The notes beneath the pieces are model-generated. The model saw only the letters and a program-made list of their open reading frames with translations, did no database searches and had not been told where the DNA came from. Positions 39,650 through 50,122 of a stretch of DNA of 64,000 nt are shown piece after piece. A program made the position numbers and the translations under genes. Position 1 is the first letter of the stretch. The number at the start of each line of letters is the position of its first letter. The stretch is from an uncultured virus (IMG/VR IMGVR_UViG_3300025840_000026) (lineage: Duplodnaviria; Heunggongvirae; Uroviricota; Caudoviricetes): the IMG/VR virus record IMGVR_UViG_3300025840_000026; one strand, given 5' to 3'.

Positions 39650-40701
39650 TGTTCGGAACATACTTTTACCATGAAACAATTAAACGTGCAATCTCCATCT
39701 TTGGAACCATGTTTAACAATATCAGTATTAAGAAAATTAAAGCTGATGGAACAGTTCTTGCAGAAAACAAAGTTCCGATTTCATACGGCCCTAAACAAAA
39801 GTTTCTACAGAGACTTGCAGAAGAAGCTAATCTAAGTGATGGTAACAGAACTGCAATCTCACTTCCTCGTATGGCATTCCAGTTAAATGGTTTTGAATAT
39901 GATGGGTCACGACAACAAAACAAACTTTTAAGACACACTAAGACAACACTAGAGAGTTCAGATTCAACAAAGAGAGGTTATCAGTATCAACCTGCACCCT
40001 ATAATCTAAACTTCTCTTTATCTATTCTTGCAAAGAACGCTAACGATGCACTTCAGATTGTAGAACAGATTATACCATATTTTCAACCTGAATATACAGT
40101 AACTATGAAAATGATTGACGACATGTCTGATAATAGAGATGTTCCAATTATTCTTAACAGTATTTCAATGGAAGACACTTTTGAGGGAAGTTTCGAAGAG
40201 AGAAGAGTAATTGAATATACACTTGAGTTTACAATGAAACTCTACTTCTTCGGGCCTGTATACACTGGTAATGTAATTAAAAATGTTATCGAAAGAGATT
40301 ATATTAATTCTGATACGAATGCAGGATTTACATCTACAGAGATTGATAATTCAGGTCTAGTCAAAGAAGTCAAACACTACGAACCTGCATTCTCAGCTGT
40401 TGCAAACGCAGTATCTAACTCAACATCAGTGACATTTGACACTGCAATAAATAGTAAGATAAGTGTAGGAGATGAGGTGTTTGGAACAAACCTCTCAACA
40501 AATCCAACGGTGTCATCGGTTGCAAGTGATAAACTTTCTATAGTGGTAAGTAGTGCAGTAACAATTGATGCAGACACTACACTTAAATTTGTTGGGTCAG
40601 TAGACCCAAATGATACATTTGTTGTTGCAGAAACAGTAACCTTCTATGATGATGGAACTCTTTCTACCTACTCAGAGGATACTACAAGTGATGCGAGTTA
40701 A
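39649..40701 (+). CDS. gp15: Tail sheath stabiliser/terminator gp15
   Basis: MFGTYFYHETIKRAISIFGTMFN; VPISYGPKQKFLQR; QIVEQIIPYFQP. Confidence 0.92.
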   Translation: MFGTYFYHETIKRAISIFGTMFNNISIKKIKADGTVLAENKVPISYGPKQKFLQRLAEEANLSDGNRTAISLPRMAFQLNGFEYDGSRQQNKLLRHTKTTLESSDSTKRGYQYQPAPYNLNFSLSILAKNANDALQIVEQIIPYFQPEYTVTMKMIDDMSDNRDVPIILNSISMEDTFEGSFEERRVIEYTLEFTMKLYFFGPVYTGNVIKNVIERDYINSDTNAGFTSTEIDNSGLVKEVKHYEPAFSAVANAVSNSTSVTFDTAINSKISVGDEVFGTNLSTNPTVSSVASDKLSIVVSSAVTIDADTTLKFVGSVDPNDTFVVAETVTFYDDGTLSTYSEDTTSDAS

Positions 40702-40703
40702 TT

Positions 40704-41108
40704 ATGACAAAAGAAAAAGTAGACGACAAACTTAACGATATTTTAGATATATCCACCGACATCAAAAAGAAAACTGAGTTGGTTAAGATACCAGCAAGAA
40801 GTGAGAATATCGAGACCGATTATAGATATGCTCGTGAGAACCTCTACAACCTCGTAGAGAGAGGTCAAGATGCAATCGATGGAATCCTTGAACTTTCAAA
40901 AGAAACTGAACACCCACGTGCTTACGAGGTTGCAGGACAACTTATTAAGACAGTTGCAGATACAGCTGAAAAACTGATTGATTTACAGAAAAAACTAAAA
41001 GACTTAGAAGAGGACAAGACGGGGCCAACTACTCAACACAATCATTTATATGTTGGGTCAACTTCTGATCTTCAAAAGTTCTTAAAGAAAAATGCTAAAG
41101 ATTCCTAG
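40704..41108 (+). CDS. gp16: Terminase small subunit gp16
   Basis: DYRYARENLY; EHPRAYEVAGQLIK; LYVGSTSDLQKFLK. Confidence 0.92.
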   Translation: MTKEKVDDKLNDILDISTDIKKKTELVKIPARSENIETDYRYARENLYNLVERGQDAIDGILELSKETEHPRAYEVAGQLIKTVADTAEKLIDLQKKLKDLEEDKTGPTTQHNHLYVGSTSDLQKFLKKNAKDS

Positions 41109-41847
41109 ATTTAACACTGATAATTTACACTTATGGTGTCTTTATGACTATTATAGAACAAATGCATTTGAAAGTTGGATTCGTGAAAATGTTCAAGATA
41201 AAGTAGTTTGTGATTTAGGTGCAGGAACAGGAATACTATTATGGCTTGCATATAGGAATGGTGCAAAAAGGGTTATTGGTATAGAAAAGGAATCACAGAC
41301 TTTAGAAATATTAAGAGACCGTTTTAAAGATATACCTGAGATAGAAATTATTGAGGGAGACATTCATGAGATGGATTATCCTGAGAGTGACATCTACCTA
41401 CAGGAAAATATAGGAGCACAGTTTATACAAGAGGGTATTGATTTACTCTTTGAAAATTGTAAGAGACAAGGAGTCATTGATAAATTATACCCAAATCGGT
41501 TTAAAATTTTAGAAGGTATACATGAACGTGCAACCTATATCAAAGTAAATTCTGATGAACATTTTATGGAAGGAAGTAGAGAATTTTTTAAGAAATACAA
41601 TTTAATACCAAATTCAGAGTTATTAGATAATCAGACTGAAGTGTTATACACTAGACACGAAGGACACATCTCAGAATTTGAAGTAGAGATGTTAAAAAGA
41701 GATGTCGAAAAAGAAGAACGTCATGGTGTTGAATTATTCAATTTGTTATGGGAGATGAGTTTTGATGGGAATTATGTCTTATCTAACTACTTAACTCCTT
41801 CACATTGGAAAACTAGTTGGGGGTTTTTGTCAGATGGTTCAACCTAA
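41092..41847 (+). CDS. Class I SAM-dependent methyltransferase, PRMT-like
   Basis: DYYRT; DKVVCDLGAGTGIL; GAKRVIGIE; DIYLQENIGAQFIQEG (double-Glu loop); YPNR; SHWK. Confidence 0.8.
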   Translation: MLKIPRFNTDNLHLWCLYDYYRTNAFESWIRENVQDKVVCDLGAGTGILLWLAYRNGAKRVIGIEKESQTLEILRDRFKDIPEIEIIEGDIHEMDYPESDIYLQENIGAQFIQEGIDLLFENCKRQGVIDKLYPNRFKILEGIHERATYIKVNSDEHFMEGSREFFKKYNLIPNSELLDNQTEVLYTRHEGHISEFEVEMLKRDVEKEERHGVELFNLLWEMSFDGNYVLSNYLTPSHWKTSWGFLSDGST

Positions 41848-43423
41848 AAACGAAGGATATCTTGGTAACAACCTAATCAAAAGAGCAGGGATTGAACAAC
41901 AGTATACTGAAGAACAACTTCAAGAGTATATGTTATGTTCTAAAGACCCTGTTCATTTTATTGAAAATCATACTCAGATTATATCTCTAGATGAAGGTTT
42001 AGTTCCTTTTAAGTTAAGAGGATATCAGTCAGGACTAATAGAACACTACAATAATAATAGATTTAATATTGTTCTTGCATCACGTCAGAGTGGTAAATCA
42101 ATCACATCTTGTGCATATCTTATATGGTATCTTTTGTTTCATCCTGAAGTAAATGTAGCTATTCTTGCAAACAAAGGTGCAATTGCAAGAGAGATGATTT
42201 CACGTCTCGTAACTATGTTAGAGTCAGTTCCATTCTATCTTCAGCCTGGAGTTAAGATTCTCAACAAAGGGTCGATAGAATTTGCAAATGATAGTAGAGT
42301 GGTTGCAGCTGCAACATCTTCATCATCTATTCGTGGTATGTCAATCAACTTATTGTATCTTGACGAGTTTGCATTCGTAGAAAATGCAGAAGAGTTCTAT
42401 ACTTCCACATATCCCGTAGTTACCTCAGGTAAGGAATCTAAGGTTATCATTACTTCTACTGCAAATGGTGTTGGTAATATGTTCTACAAGATATATGAGA
42501 GTGCTGTTCAGAAACAATCTGAATACAAACACTTCACTATTAACTGGTATGATGTGCCAGGCAGAGATGAAAAGTGGAAAAAGGAAACTATTGCAAACAC
42601 TTCAGAGACACAATTTGAACAAGAATATGGTAATTCATTCTTAGGAACGGGTAACACACTTATTAATAGTAATATTCTACTGGGATTACGCAGTTTAGAC
42701 CCTGATTGGAATCGTCATAACATAAATATATTCAAACGACCAATAGAAAATCATACGTATATTTGCACAGTTGATGTATCTAAAGGAAGAGGATTAGACT
42801 ATTCTACGTTCTCAATCTTTGATATTACAACGACACCATTCGAACAGGTTGCAACATACAGAGATAATATGATATCTCCAATGCTACTTCCTGATATGAT
42901 TAATAAGTATGTAACACCATATAATACACCTCTTGTTATTATAGAAAACAATGCAGAGGGTGGAACTGTGGCAACACAACTACATTATGATATAGAATAT
43001 CCAAATGTTTTTGTTCAAGGAATGACAAAACAAGAAGATATAGGTGTAACAATGAACCGTAGAATTAAAAGAATTGGTTGTTCTACGTTGAAAGAGTTAT
43101 TAGAAGAACATAGGTTAACACTTGTAGACCGTGCAACTATAACTGAATTATTGACTTTTGTAAATAAAGGTAATTCATATGAAGCTGCAAAAGGATATCA
43201 TGACGATATGGTTATGAATTGTGTATTATTTTCATGGTTTGTAACCACTGAATTTTTTTATCACTTAACAAATTCGCAAGTTAAAGACTTATTATATTCG
43301 GAACAACAAAAATTGATTGAAGATGACATGCTACCAGCTGGAATATTCGGTTCAACTACTTCAGAGGTAGAAGAAGTAACATTCGTAGATACAGAAGGGG
43401 ATAGATGGTTTTCGGTAAATTAA
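41834..43423 (+). CDS. gp17: Terminase large subunit gp17
   Basis: YLGNNLIKRAG; SRQSGKS (Walker A); LYLDEFAFV (Walker B); VDVSKGRGLDYS; HDDMVM. Confidence 0.96.
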   Translation: MVQPKNEGYLGNNLIKRAGIEQQYTEEQLQEYMLCSKDPVHFIENHTQIISLDEGLVPFKLRGYQSGLIEHYNNNRFNIVLASRQSGKSITSCAYLIWYLLFHPEVNVAILANKGAIAREMISRLVTMLESVPFYLQPGVKILNKGSIEFANDSRVVAAATSSSSIRGMSINLLYLDEFAFVENAEEFYTSTYPVVTSGKESKVIITSTANGVGNMFYKIYESAVQKQSEYKHFTINWYDVPGRDEKWKKETIANTSETQFEQEYGNSFLGTGNTLINSNILLGLRSLDPDWNRHNINIFKRPIENHTYICTVDVSKGRGLDYSTFSIFDITTTPFEQVATYRDNMISPMLLPDMINKYVTPYNTPLVIIENNAEGGTVATQLHYDIEYPNVFVQGMTKQEDIGVTMNRRIKRIGCSTLKELLEEHRLTLVDRATITELLTFVNKGNSYEAAKGYHDDMVMNCVLFSWFVTTEFFYHLTNSQVKDLLYSEQQKLIEDDMLPAGIFGSTTSEVEEVTFVDTEGDRWFSVN

Positions 43424-43445
43424 TCATTGTTGAGAATAATAAACT

Positions 43446-43453
43446 TATAAATA
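43446..43453 (+). promoter_or_regulatory. Late promoter TATAAATA upstream of gp18
   Basis: Exact consensus. Confidence 0.7.
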
Positions 43454-43494
43454 AAACAGAGTAACAAAACTTTTTACATTAACAGGAGAAAAGT

Positions 43495-45507
43495 ATGGCA
43501 TTTCAAGTATCACCAGGCGTTCAGGTCTCAGAAATAGACCTAACAAATGTTGTTCCCGCCGTATCGTCAACTACAGGTGCATTCGCTGGGACATTTCAAT
43601 GGGGCCCTGTTGATGAAGTAGTAACAGTTTCAGACAGTAAGGGTTTAGTGAATACATTCTTTACACCTGCCAATACAAATGCTGGAGCTGAAGACTTTTA
43701 TTCAGCAGAAGCATTTCTTAAGTATGGGTCATCACTAAGAGTGGTGAGAATCAATTCAACTGGACTTTTTAGTGCAAACCAAGCTGCAAACGGTTCAACC
43801 CTTCTAAAACATCATTCCGACTACGAATCTACTTATAGAGATGGTGGTCAAAATGGAACAGTTGGTAGATGGGTAGCAAGATGTGCAGGTGCATTAGGAA
43901 ACTCAATTAAGGTTTCTGTTTGTGCATCATCAGGAGCATATTTCAGTGCAGCGGTAACAACCACATCAGCAACATCAGCTAGTGGTTCAACTACAATTTC
44001 TGTCACAGATGCAGACGTATTTACAGTAAGAGATATCGTTAAGTTTGCAGGACACAATACAATGTATCGTGTAACTGCATTAGATAATTCTGTAGGTGCA
44101 GAAACAATCACAGTTGAAGCATTAAACAATCCAACAGGAACAGGATTAACAACATCAGTATCAAGTGGTGCAAACATAGACCGTTATTGGGAATTCTATG
44201 CATCATTTGATAAAGCACCAGGCTCTTCAGCAGGTGCAACTAACGCAGGTGCTGGACAGGACGAAATTCACATTGTAGTTGTAGACGAAGATGGTGCAAT
44301 TTCAGGTGTTCGACACACAATTTTAGAAACATTCGGTTTCGTATCATTAGCATCAGACGCTAAAGATGCACAAGGACAATCAAACTACTATAGAAATGTA
44401 GTAGAAAGAGACTCACAGTGGGTATACTGGTCAGGTCACTCAACTGATATCTATGTTGCAGCTAATGATGACATCACACATGCAGAAGCAGTAACTTATA
44501 ACGCAAACGCAGGATTCTCAAGACCTGGCGCACCTATCAATGATTCATTGTCAGGTGGTGCAGATGGTAGGTCACCTACAGCAGGTGAGAAGACTGGTGC
44601 ATGGGATAACCATTATGCAGATGGAGAGTCAGTAGACATTTCTTTCATAATCGTAGGTTCAACTAGAACAGACGATGGAACAGGAACAGGTCAAGATACT
44701 GTATCAGACCACAACACAATAGTTAATCATGCAATTCAGATTTGTGAATCTAGAAAAGATTGTATGGTAATTAGTTCACCTAGAAGAACCTCAGTAGTAG
44801 GTGTTTCAAGTGAGTCTACACAATCAACTAATGTATTAACAGATGTATCTTCAGTAACTTCATCTTCATACGGAGTAATGGACTCAGGATGGGTATACAC
44901 ATATGACAGATACAACGATAGATATGTTTGGATTCCTGCAAACGGTCACACAGCAGGTATCATGGCAAGGTCAGACCTTCTAAGAGACCCATGGTTCTCA
45001 CCAGCAGGTTTCTCAAGAGGACAATACTTAGGTATCACTAAACTTGCTTTCAACCCTAAGAAAGCATCTAGAGATGACCTATACAGAGGAAGAGTTAACC
45101 CCGTGGTTACATTCCCTGGCCAAGGAACAGTTTTATTTGGTGACAAAACCATGTTATCAACACCTTCTGCATTCGATAGAATTAACGTAAGAAGACTGTT
45201 CATCGTATTAGAGAAAGCAATTGCAACAGCAGCTAAAGCACAACTCTTTGAATTCAATGATGCATTCACAAGAGCACAATTTAGAAGTGCAGTTGAACCT
45301 TTCTTAAGAGATGTGAAGAACAGAAGAGGACTTGTAGACTTCTCAGTGATTTGTGACGAAACAAATAATACTGACACAGTGATTGACAGAAACGAATTTG
45401 TTTGTTCAATCTTTGTGAAACCTGCAAGATCAATCAACTTCATTACTTTAAATTTCGTAGCAGCTAGAAGTGGTGTTAACTTCGAAGAAATCTACGGAGC
45501 AGTTTAA
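43495..45507 (+). CDS. gp18: Tail sheath protein gp18
   Basis: QVSPGVQVSEIDLT; FQWGPVDE; PWFSPAGFSRG; FDRINVRRLF; FVKPARSINFITLNF. Confidence 0.96.
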   Translation: MAFQVSPGVQVSEIDLTNVVPAVSSTTGAFAGTFQWGPVDEVVTVSDSKGLVNTFFTPANTNAGAEDFYSAEAFLKYGSSLRVVRINSTGLFSANQAANGSTLLKHHSDYESTYRDGGQNGTVGRWVARCAGALGNSIKVSVCASSGAYFSAAVTTTSATSASGSTTISVTDADVFTVRDIVKFAGHNTMYRVTALDNSVGAETITVEALNNPTGTGLTTSVSSGANIDRYWEFYASFDKAPGSSAGATNAGAGQDEIHIVVVDEDGAISGVRHTILETFGFVSLASDAKDAQGQSNYYRNVVERDSQWVYWSGHSTDIYVAANDDITHAEAVTYNANAGFSRPGAPINDSLSGGADGRSPTAGEKTGAWDNHYADGESVDISFIIVGSTRTDDGTGTGQDTVSDHNTIVNHAIQICESRKDCMVISSPRRTSVVGVSSESTQSTNVLTDVSSVTSSSYGVMDSGWVYTYDRYNDRYVWIPANGHTAGIMARSDLLRDPWFSPAGFSRGQYLGITKLAFNPKKASRDDLYRGRVNPVVTFPGQGTVLFGDKTMLSTPSAFDRINVRRLFIVLEKAIATAAKAQLFEFNDAFTRAQFRSAVEPFLRDVKNRRGLVDFSVICDETNNTDTVIDRNEFVCSIFVKPARSINFITLNFVAARSGVNFEEIYGAV

Positions 45508-45520
45508 GGAGTAAAGACGA

Positions 45521-46018
45521 ATGGCAACAATAGATCAATTTAAAGCACAGTTAATCGGTGGTGGCCCAAGAGCAAACCGATTCAAAATCTTTATTCCTCG
45601 TGCAGGAGATAAAATCGAATTCCTTGCAAAGGCTGGTAACATTCCTTCTGCAACACTTGGTGTTGTAGAGGTGCAATGGAGAGGTTCAGTCCTCAAACTT
45701 GCTGGAGATAGAACTTTCGAAAACTGGACAGTATCAATCATCAACGATGTAGAATTCTCTGCAAGAACAGCTTTAGAAGCATGGCAGACAGAAATTCAAG
45801 AACTTGGTGGTGGTAACGGTTCAACTACAACAGACTATTTGATTTCAAGAGCATTTGTAGAACAGTTAGGTAAAGATGATTCAGTCCTTGCAAGATATGA
45901 ATTCTTCAACATGTTCCCTGTAAATATAGGTGCAATCGAACTATCTCATGAGACAGTCGATTCATTGGAGCAGTTTGATGTGGAATTCGCATTCTCTCAC
46001 TGGGAAAGAGTTATTTAA
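45521..46018 (+). CDS. gp19: Tail tube protein gp19
   Basis: GGGPRANRF; KLAGDRTFENWTVSIIND; FPVNIGAIELS. Confidence 0.93.
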   Translation: MATIDQFKAQLIGGGPRANRFKIFIPRAGDKIEFLAKAGNIPSATLGVVEVQWRGSVLKLAGDRTFENWTVSIINDVEFSARTALEAWQTEIQELGGGNGSTTTDYLISRAFVEQLGKDDSVLARYEFFNMFPVNIGAIELSHETVDSLEQFDVEFAFSHWERVI

Positions 46019-46047
46019 TTTAGTGAATTTAACACCTAAAAGGGTGT

Positions 46048-46055
46048 TATAAATA
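46048..46055 (+). promoter_or_regulatory. Late promoter TATAAATA, 5 nt before the gp20 ATG
   Basis: Exact consensus. Confidence 0.75.
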
Positions 46056-46060
46056 ATAGT

Positions 46061-47596
46061 ATGGAAATATTTGGGTTTGAAATTACTCGTAAGAAAGACG
46101 AGTTAAGAAACATCGAAGTTACAAAAGCACCGTCTTTTGTGCCTCCTTTGGACGATGATGGGACTCCTGTCATTGCCCAACAGCCTGGTGGTTTTATCAC
46201 TGGTGGAGCATATGGTGCTTTCGTAGATTTTGAAGGTAATATAAAGAATGAGGTAGAACTCATTCGTAGATACCGTGAAACATCTTTAATACCTGAAGTT
46301 GATTCAGCAATTGAAGATATAGTCAATGAGTGTATCACTTCTGATTCAGCAGACAGAATTGTGTCACTCGATCTCAGAGATGTTAAACTCTCTGATAGTA
46401 TCAAGAAAAAGATACAAGACGAGTTTGCACACATCCTATCTTTAATGAAGTTCAATCAGAACTCTCATGAAATCGTCAGAAAGTGGTATATTGATGGAAG
46501 AATTTACTTCCATAAAGTTGTTGACCCTGCAAGACCCAATGCAGGTATTGTTGATATTAGGGCAATTGACCCTCTTAAAATTAAGAAGGTTAGAAACGTA
46601 GAGAAAGACAAAGACCCTAAAACAAAAATAGAAAAAATTAAAAAAGTTGAAGAGTTCTACGTATTCAACGACAAAGGTTTCGATAAGAGTGGCACTATTG
46701 ATGGTGCAGCTCTTAAAATTGCACCTGAGGCAGTGTCTTACACTACTTCAGGATTACTTGACTACACTAAAAATGTAGTAGTTGGGTATCTGCATAAGGC
46801 ATTGAAAACTGCAAATCAGTTGTCAATGATGGAAGATGCACTTGTTATCTATAGGATATCAAGAGCTCCTGAAAGAAGAATCTTCTACATTGACGTAGGT
46901 AACTTACCTAAAGCAAAAGCAGAACAATACCTTGCAGATGTAATGAACAAGTATAGAAATAAACTTGTTTACAATGCACAGACAGGTGAGATTAAAGATG
47001 ATCGTAAACACATGTCTATGTTAGAAGATTTTTGGTTACCACGAAGAGAAGGTGGTAGAGGAACAGAGATATCAACTCTGCCTGGCGGTCAAAACCTGTC
47101 AGAGATTGACGATATTGACTACTTTAAGAAGAAGTTATATCGTGCATTAAATGTTCCTGTATCTAGAATGGAAGCAGACAATGGATTTAACATGGGTCGT
47201 GCTTCAGAGATTTCTAGAGATGAACTTAAGTTTAATAAGTTCACAAACAGACTTCAGAAGAAGTTTGCAAGAGTTTTTACAGATATTCTTAAAACTCAAT
47301 TGATTTTAAAGAATATCGTTAGTGGTGAAGAGTATGAGTCTTTTAAAGATTTCATTCTCTACGATTTTGCAACTGACAACCATTTTACAGAGTTGAAAGA
47401 AAGTGAAATCATGAGAGAAAGATTCGACACTTTATCACAAGCATCAGAGTATGTTGGTAAATACTTCTCAAATGAATATGTTAGGAAGTATATACTAAGA
47501 CAAACAGAAGATGAAATTAAACTCATCGACCAACAGATTGCATCTGAAAAAGAAGCAGGTGAAGGTGATGAGGACGAACAAGGTCTTGATTTTTAG
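46061..47596 (+). CDS. gp20: Portal protein gp20
   Basis: WYIDGRIYFHK; YRISRAPERRIFYIDVGNLPKAKAEQYL; EDFWLPRREGGRGTEI. Confidence 0.97.
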   Translation: MEIFGFEITRKKDELRNIEVTKAPSFVPPLDDDGTPVIAQQPGGFITGGAYGAFVDFEGNIKNEVELIRRYRETSLIPEVDSAIEDIVNECITSDSADRIVSLDLRDVKLSDSIKKKIQDEFAHILSLMKFNQNSHEIVRKWYIDGRIYFHKVVDPARPNAGIVDIRAIDPLKIKKVRNVEKDKDPKTKIEKIKKVEEFYVFNDKGFDKSGTIDGAALKIAPEAVSYTTSGLLDYTKNVVVGYLHKALKTANQLSMMEDALVIYRISRAPERRIFYIDVGNLPKAKAEQYLADVMNKYRNKLVYNAQTGEIKDDRKHMSMLEDFWLPRREGGRGTEISTLPGGQNLSEIDDIDYFKKKLYRALNVPVSRMEADNGFNMGRASEISRDELKFNKFTNRLQKKFARVFTDILKTQLILKNIVSGEEYESFKDFILYDFATDNHFTELKESEIMRERFDTLSQASEYVGKYFSNEYVRKYILRQTEDEIKLIDQQIASEKEAGEGDEDEQGLDF

Positions 47597-47605
47597 GAGT
47601 AAAGT

Positions 47606-47776
47606 ATGAGTGAAGTCGCAAATAAAATTGTAGATGCAATTCAGAACGGTGAATTAAATGATGCAAAAGAACTTGTATTTCAAGGAATGAAAGAGAAAGC
47701 TGCAAGTGCAGTAGACATGAAAAGAGTTGAAATGCAGGTTGACTGGATATCTGACAAAGAGGTAGATACAGAGTAA
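47606..47776 (+). CDS. Small prohead core protein (gp67-like position); below the ORF-track cutoff
   Basis: AGGAG RBS then MSEVANKIVDAIQNGELNDAKELVFQGMKEKAASAVDMKRVEMQVDWISDKEVDTE* (56 aa), directly after the portal gene. Confidence 0.65.
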   Translation: MSEVANKIVDAIQNGELNDAKELVFQGMKEKAASAVDMKRVEMQVDWISDKEVDTE

Positions 47777-48075
47777 TGAAAACATTCTCTCAGATTAGAA
47801 CAGAATTGAACGAAGCAAAGTTCAAAATCCCTTCAGGTGAAAAAGAACTGAAAAGGGATGTTGTTCGTTCAGGGAGTAAAAAGTTTGAGTTAGTTTTTGT
47901 TCAGAATAAAAAGAAAAAAATAGAAGTGTATCTAGATGGGAATAATTTTGGACAGGAGTTCAAAGACCTAAAAGATGCAGAAAAAGAAATGAAAGACATC
48001 AGAGGAGTTTTATCACAAATGGAAGATTTCTCTATGGATGAATTTAAGGAGTTTTTCAATGAAGTTAATATCTGA
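47776..48075 (+). CDS. Hypothetical head-associated protein (gp68 position)
   Basis: MKTFSQIRTELNE N-terminus; lies between portal and protease. Confidence 0.5.
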   Translation: MKTFSQIRTELNEAKFKIPSGEKELKRDVVRSGSKKFELVFVQNKKKKIEVYLDGNNFGQEFKDLKDAEKEMKDIRGVLSQMEDFSMDEFKEFFNEVNI

Positions 48076-48712
48076 ATTTAACGACTATGCCATTTCACCT
48101 GTTATCGTTGAACAAAACGAGAAAGGACAAAAAGAATACTTTATCGAAGGAGTGTTCATGCAATCTGAAATTAAAAACAGAAATGGACGTGTTTATCCAA
48201 AAGATATCATGTTAAAAGAAGTTAACAGATATAAAAAGACATTCATTGACCAAAAACGTGCATTCGGTGAGTTAGGACATCCTGACGGGCCAACAATCAA
48301 TTTAGACAGAGTTTCACATCTTATTACATCATTAGAAGAAGATGGTAATAATTTTGTGGGACGTGCAAAAATTTTATCTACACCAAACGGTATGATTGTG
48401 AGAAATCTTATCGATGATGGTGCAAAACTAGGTGTATCATCAAGAGGTCTAGGTTCACTAGAGCAAAAAGGTGGTTCACAATACGTTAAAAATGATTTCC
48501 AATTAGCAACTGCAGCTGACATAGTTGCAGACCCATCTGCACCTGAAGCATTTGTCGAAGGTATAATGGAAGGTGTTGAATGGATTTATGAAAATGGAAG
48601 ACTTAAATCTCTCAATGTTGAACAGATGAGAGACCAATTAATGACCACAAAACGTCATAAATTGGAAGAAACTAAGTTAAATCTATGGAAAAGGTTCGTT
48701 GAGAATCTATAA
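48059..48712 (+). CDS. gp21: Prohead protease gp21
   Basis: Start MKLISE after AAGGAG; KNRNGRVYP; GELGHPDGP; GVSSRGLGS; DIVADPSAPEAFV. Confidence 0.95.
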   Translation: MKLISEFNDYAISPVIVEQNEKGQKEYFIEGVFMQSEIKNRNGRVYPKDIMLKEVNRYKKTFIDQKRAFGELGHPDGPTINLDRVSHLITSLEEDGNNFVGRAKILSTPNGMIVRNLIDDGAKLGVSSRGLGSLEQKGGSQYVKNDFQLATAADIVADPSAPEAFVEGIMEGVEWIYENGRLKSLNVEQMRDQLMTTKRHKLEETKLNLWKRFVENL

Positions 48713-48714
48713 CA

Positions 48715-48722
48715 TATAAATA
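48715..48722 (+). promoter_or_regulatory. Late promoter TATAAATA upstream of gp22-23
   Basis: Exact consensus. Confidence 0.7.
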
Positions 48723-48750
48723 AAAAAGAAAACTCAAACAGGAGAATAAA

Positions 48751-50103
48751 ATGGCAGAGTTAGAAAAAAACCTAGAAGCTACAGAGGAAGTAGTTGCTGA
48801 AGAACAGCAACCTGATTCTAAAGCTGATAAAGGGGACAAAAAACCTGTAAAACAAGGTTCATCTGATGCCGCTAAAATTGAAAGTGGTAAAGGTGTAGTC
48901 GTCAAACCTGAAGTAAATCCTGTTGACAAGGCTGTAGATTCAGTTCATAAAGCTGAAGACGGAGTTAAACCTGTTAAGGGTGATGACCAACAAAAAGGTG
49001 CATCAGCTCCTGAAAAAGGTTCAAAACTAAAAGAAGGTGAAGAAGATTCTAAAAAAGATGAAGTTAAACTTTCTAAAATGGAATCCATCAAGGCTATCGT
49101 CAACACAATGAAGGAAATGAATAAGGAAGAACTTCAGAAAGCTTTTGGTTCAGTATCAGAAGAAGAAGTTGACGAGTCCTTGACAAAGGCAGAAGTCGCT
49201 AGAAAAATCGTAGAAACTTTAAAAGGCATGGACGAAGCAGATGTTGCTAAGTTCTCAGAGTCTTGGATGAAGAAAGGCGAAGAAGAAGAAGAGGAAGAAG
49301 AAGTGAAAAAAGAAGAAGTAGAAGTTGAAGAGTCAACTGAACTTGAATCTTCTTTAATAGAGATTGAGGTAGAAGACGACCTAAACGCAATCTCAGAAGC
49401 ACTTGAACTTTCAGAAGAAAATGCTGAAAAAGCAAGAACAATCTTCAAAGCTGCAGTTCAATCTAAAGTTTCAGAAATTAAAGAACAACTAGAGTCACAA
49501 TACTCTACAGAATTACAAACCTCAGTAGAAAAAGTCAAATCTGATTTATCAGAAGCAGTTGACAAGTATCTATCTTATTGCGCAGAAGAGTGGACGAAAG
49601 AAAACGAACTTGCAATCGAAAGAGGTTTGAGATCAGAAATGACCGAAAACTTTATCGAAGGATTAAAGACATTGTTCGTAGAACATTATGTTGACGTTCC
49701 TGAAGACAAGTATGATGTTATTGATGAACTCGCAAATCGTCTCGAAGAGATGGAATCAAAACTTGATGGTGAAGTATCCAAGAATATGGAAATCACTGAA
49801 GAGTTAGATTCTTTAAAGAGAGGCAACATAGTGAGACAGGCAGGTGAAGACTTAACTGAATCACAAAAGGAAAAACTTGAGTCACTAGCAAACGGTGTAG
49901 ACTTCAAAGATGCAGAAGATTTCTCTGAGAAAATTTCTGAAATCAAAGAAGCATACTTCGGTGTTAGAGGTGAAGAGTTAGCTGAAGAAACTAAGATAGA
50001 AGAAGGAACTGGTTCTTTCGAAGATGAAAATTCTGAGAAAATACTAGACCCTACAATAGCTAAGTATTCTGCAGCACTTTCAAAACTTAAACCATTGGGA
50101 TAA
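48751..50103 (+). CDS. gp22: Prohead scaffold protein gp22
   Basis: Acidic coiled coil; KARTIFKAAV; VDKYLSYCAEEWTKENELAIERGLRSE; LFVEHYVDVPEDK. Confidence 0.9.
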   Translation: MAELEKNLEATEEVVAEEQQPDSKADKGDKKPVKQGSSDAAKIESGKGVVVKPEVNPVDKAVDSVHKAEDGVKPVKGDDQQKGASAPEKGSKLKEGEEDSKKDEVKLSKMESIKAIVNTMKEMNKEELQKAFGSVSEEEVDESLTKAEVARKIVETLKGMDEADVAKFSESWMKKGEEEEEEEEVKKEEVEVEESTELESSLIEIEVEDDLNAISEALELSEENAEKARTIFKAAVQSKVSEIKEQLESQYSTELQTSVEKVKSDLSEAVDKYLSYCAEEWTKENELAIERGLRSEMTENFIEGLKTLFVEHYVDVPEDKYDVIDELANRLEEMESKLDGEVSKNMEITEELDSLKRGNIVRQAGEDLTESQKEKLESLANGVDFKDAEDFSEKISEIKEAYFGVRGEELAEETKIEEGTGSFEDENSEKILDPTIAKYSAALSKLKPLG

Positions 50104-50122
50104 TTTAAAGGAGAAATCTTAA

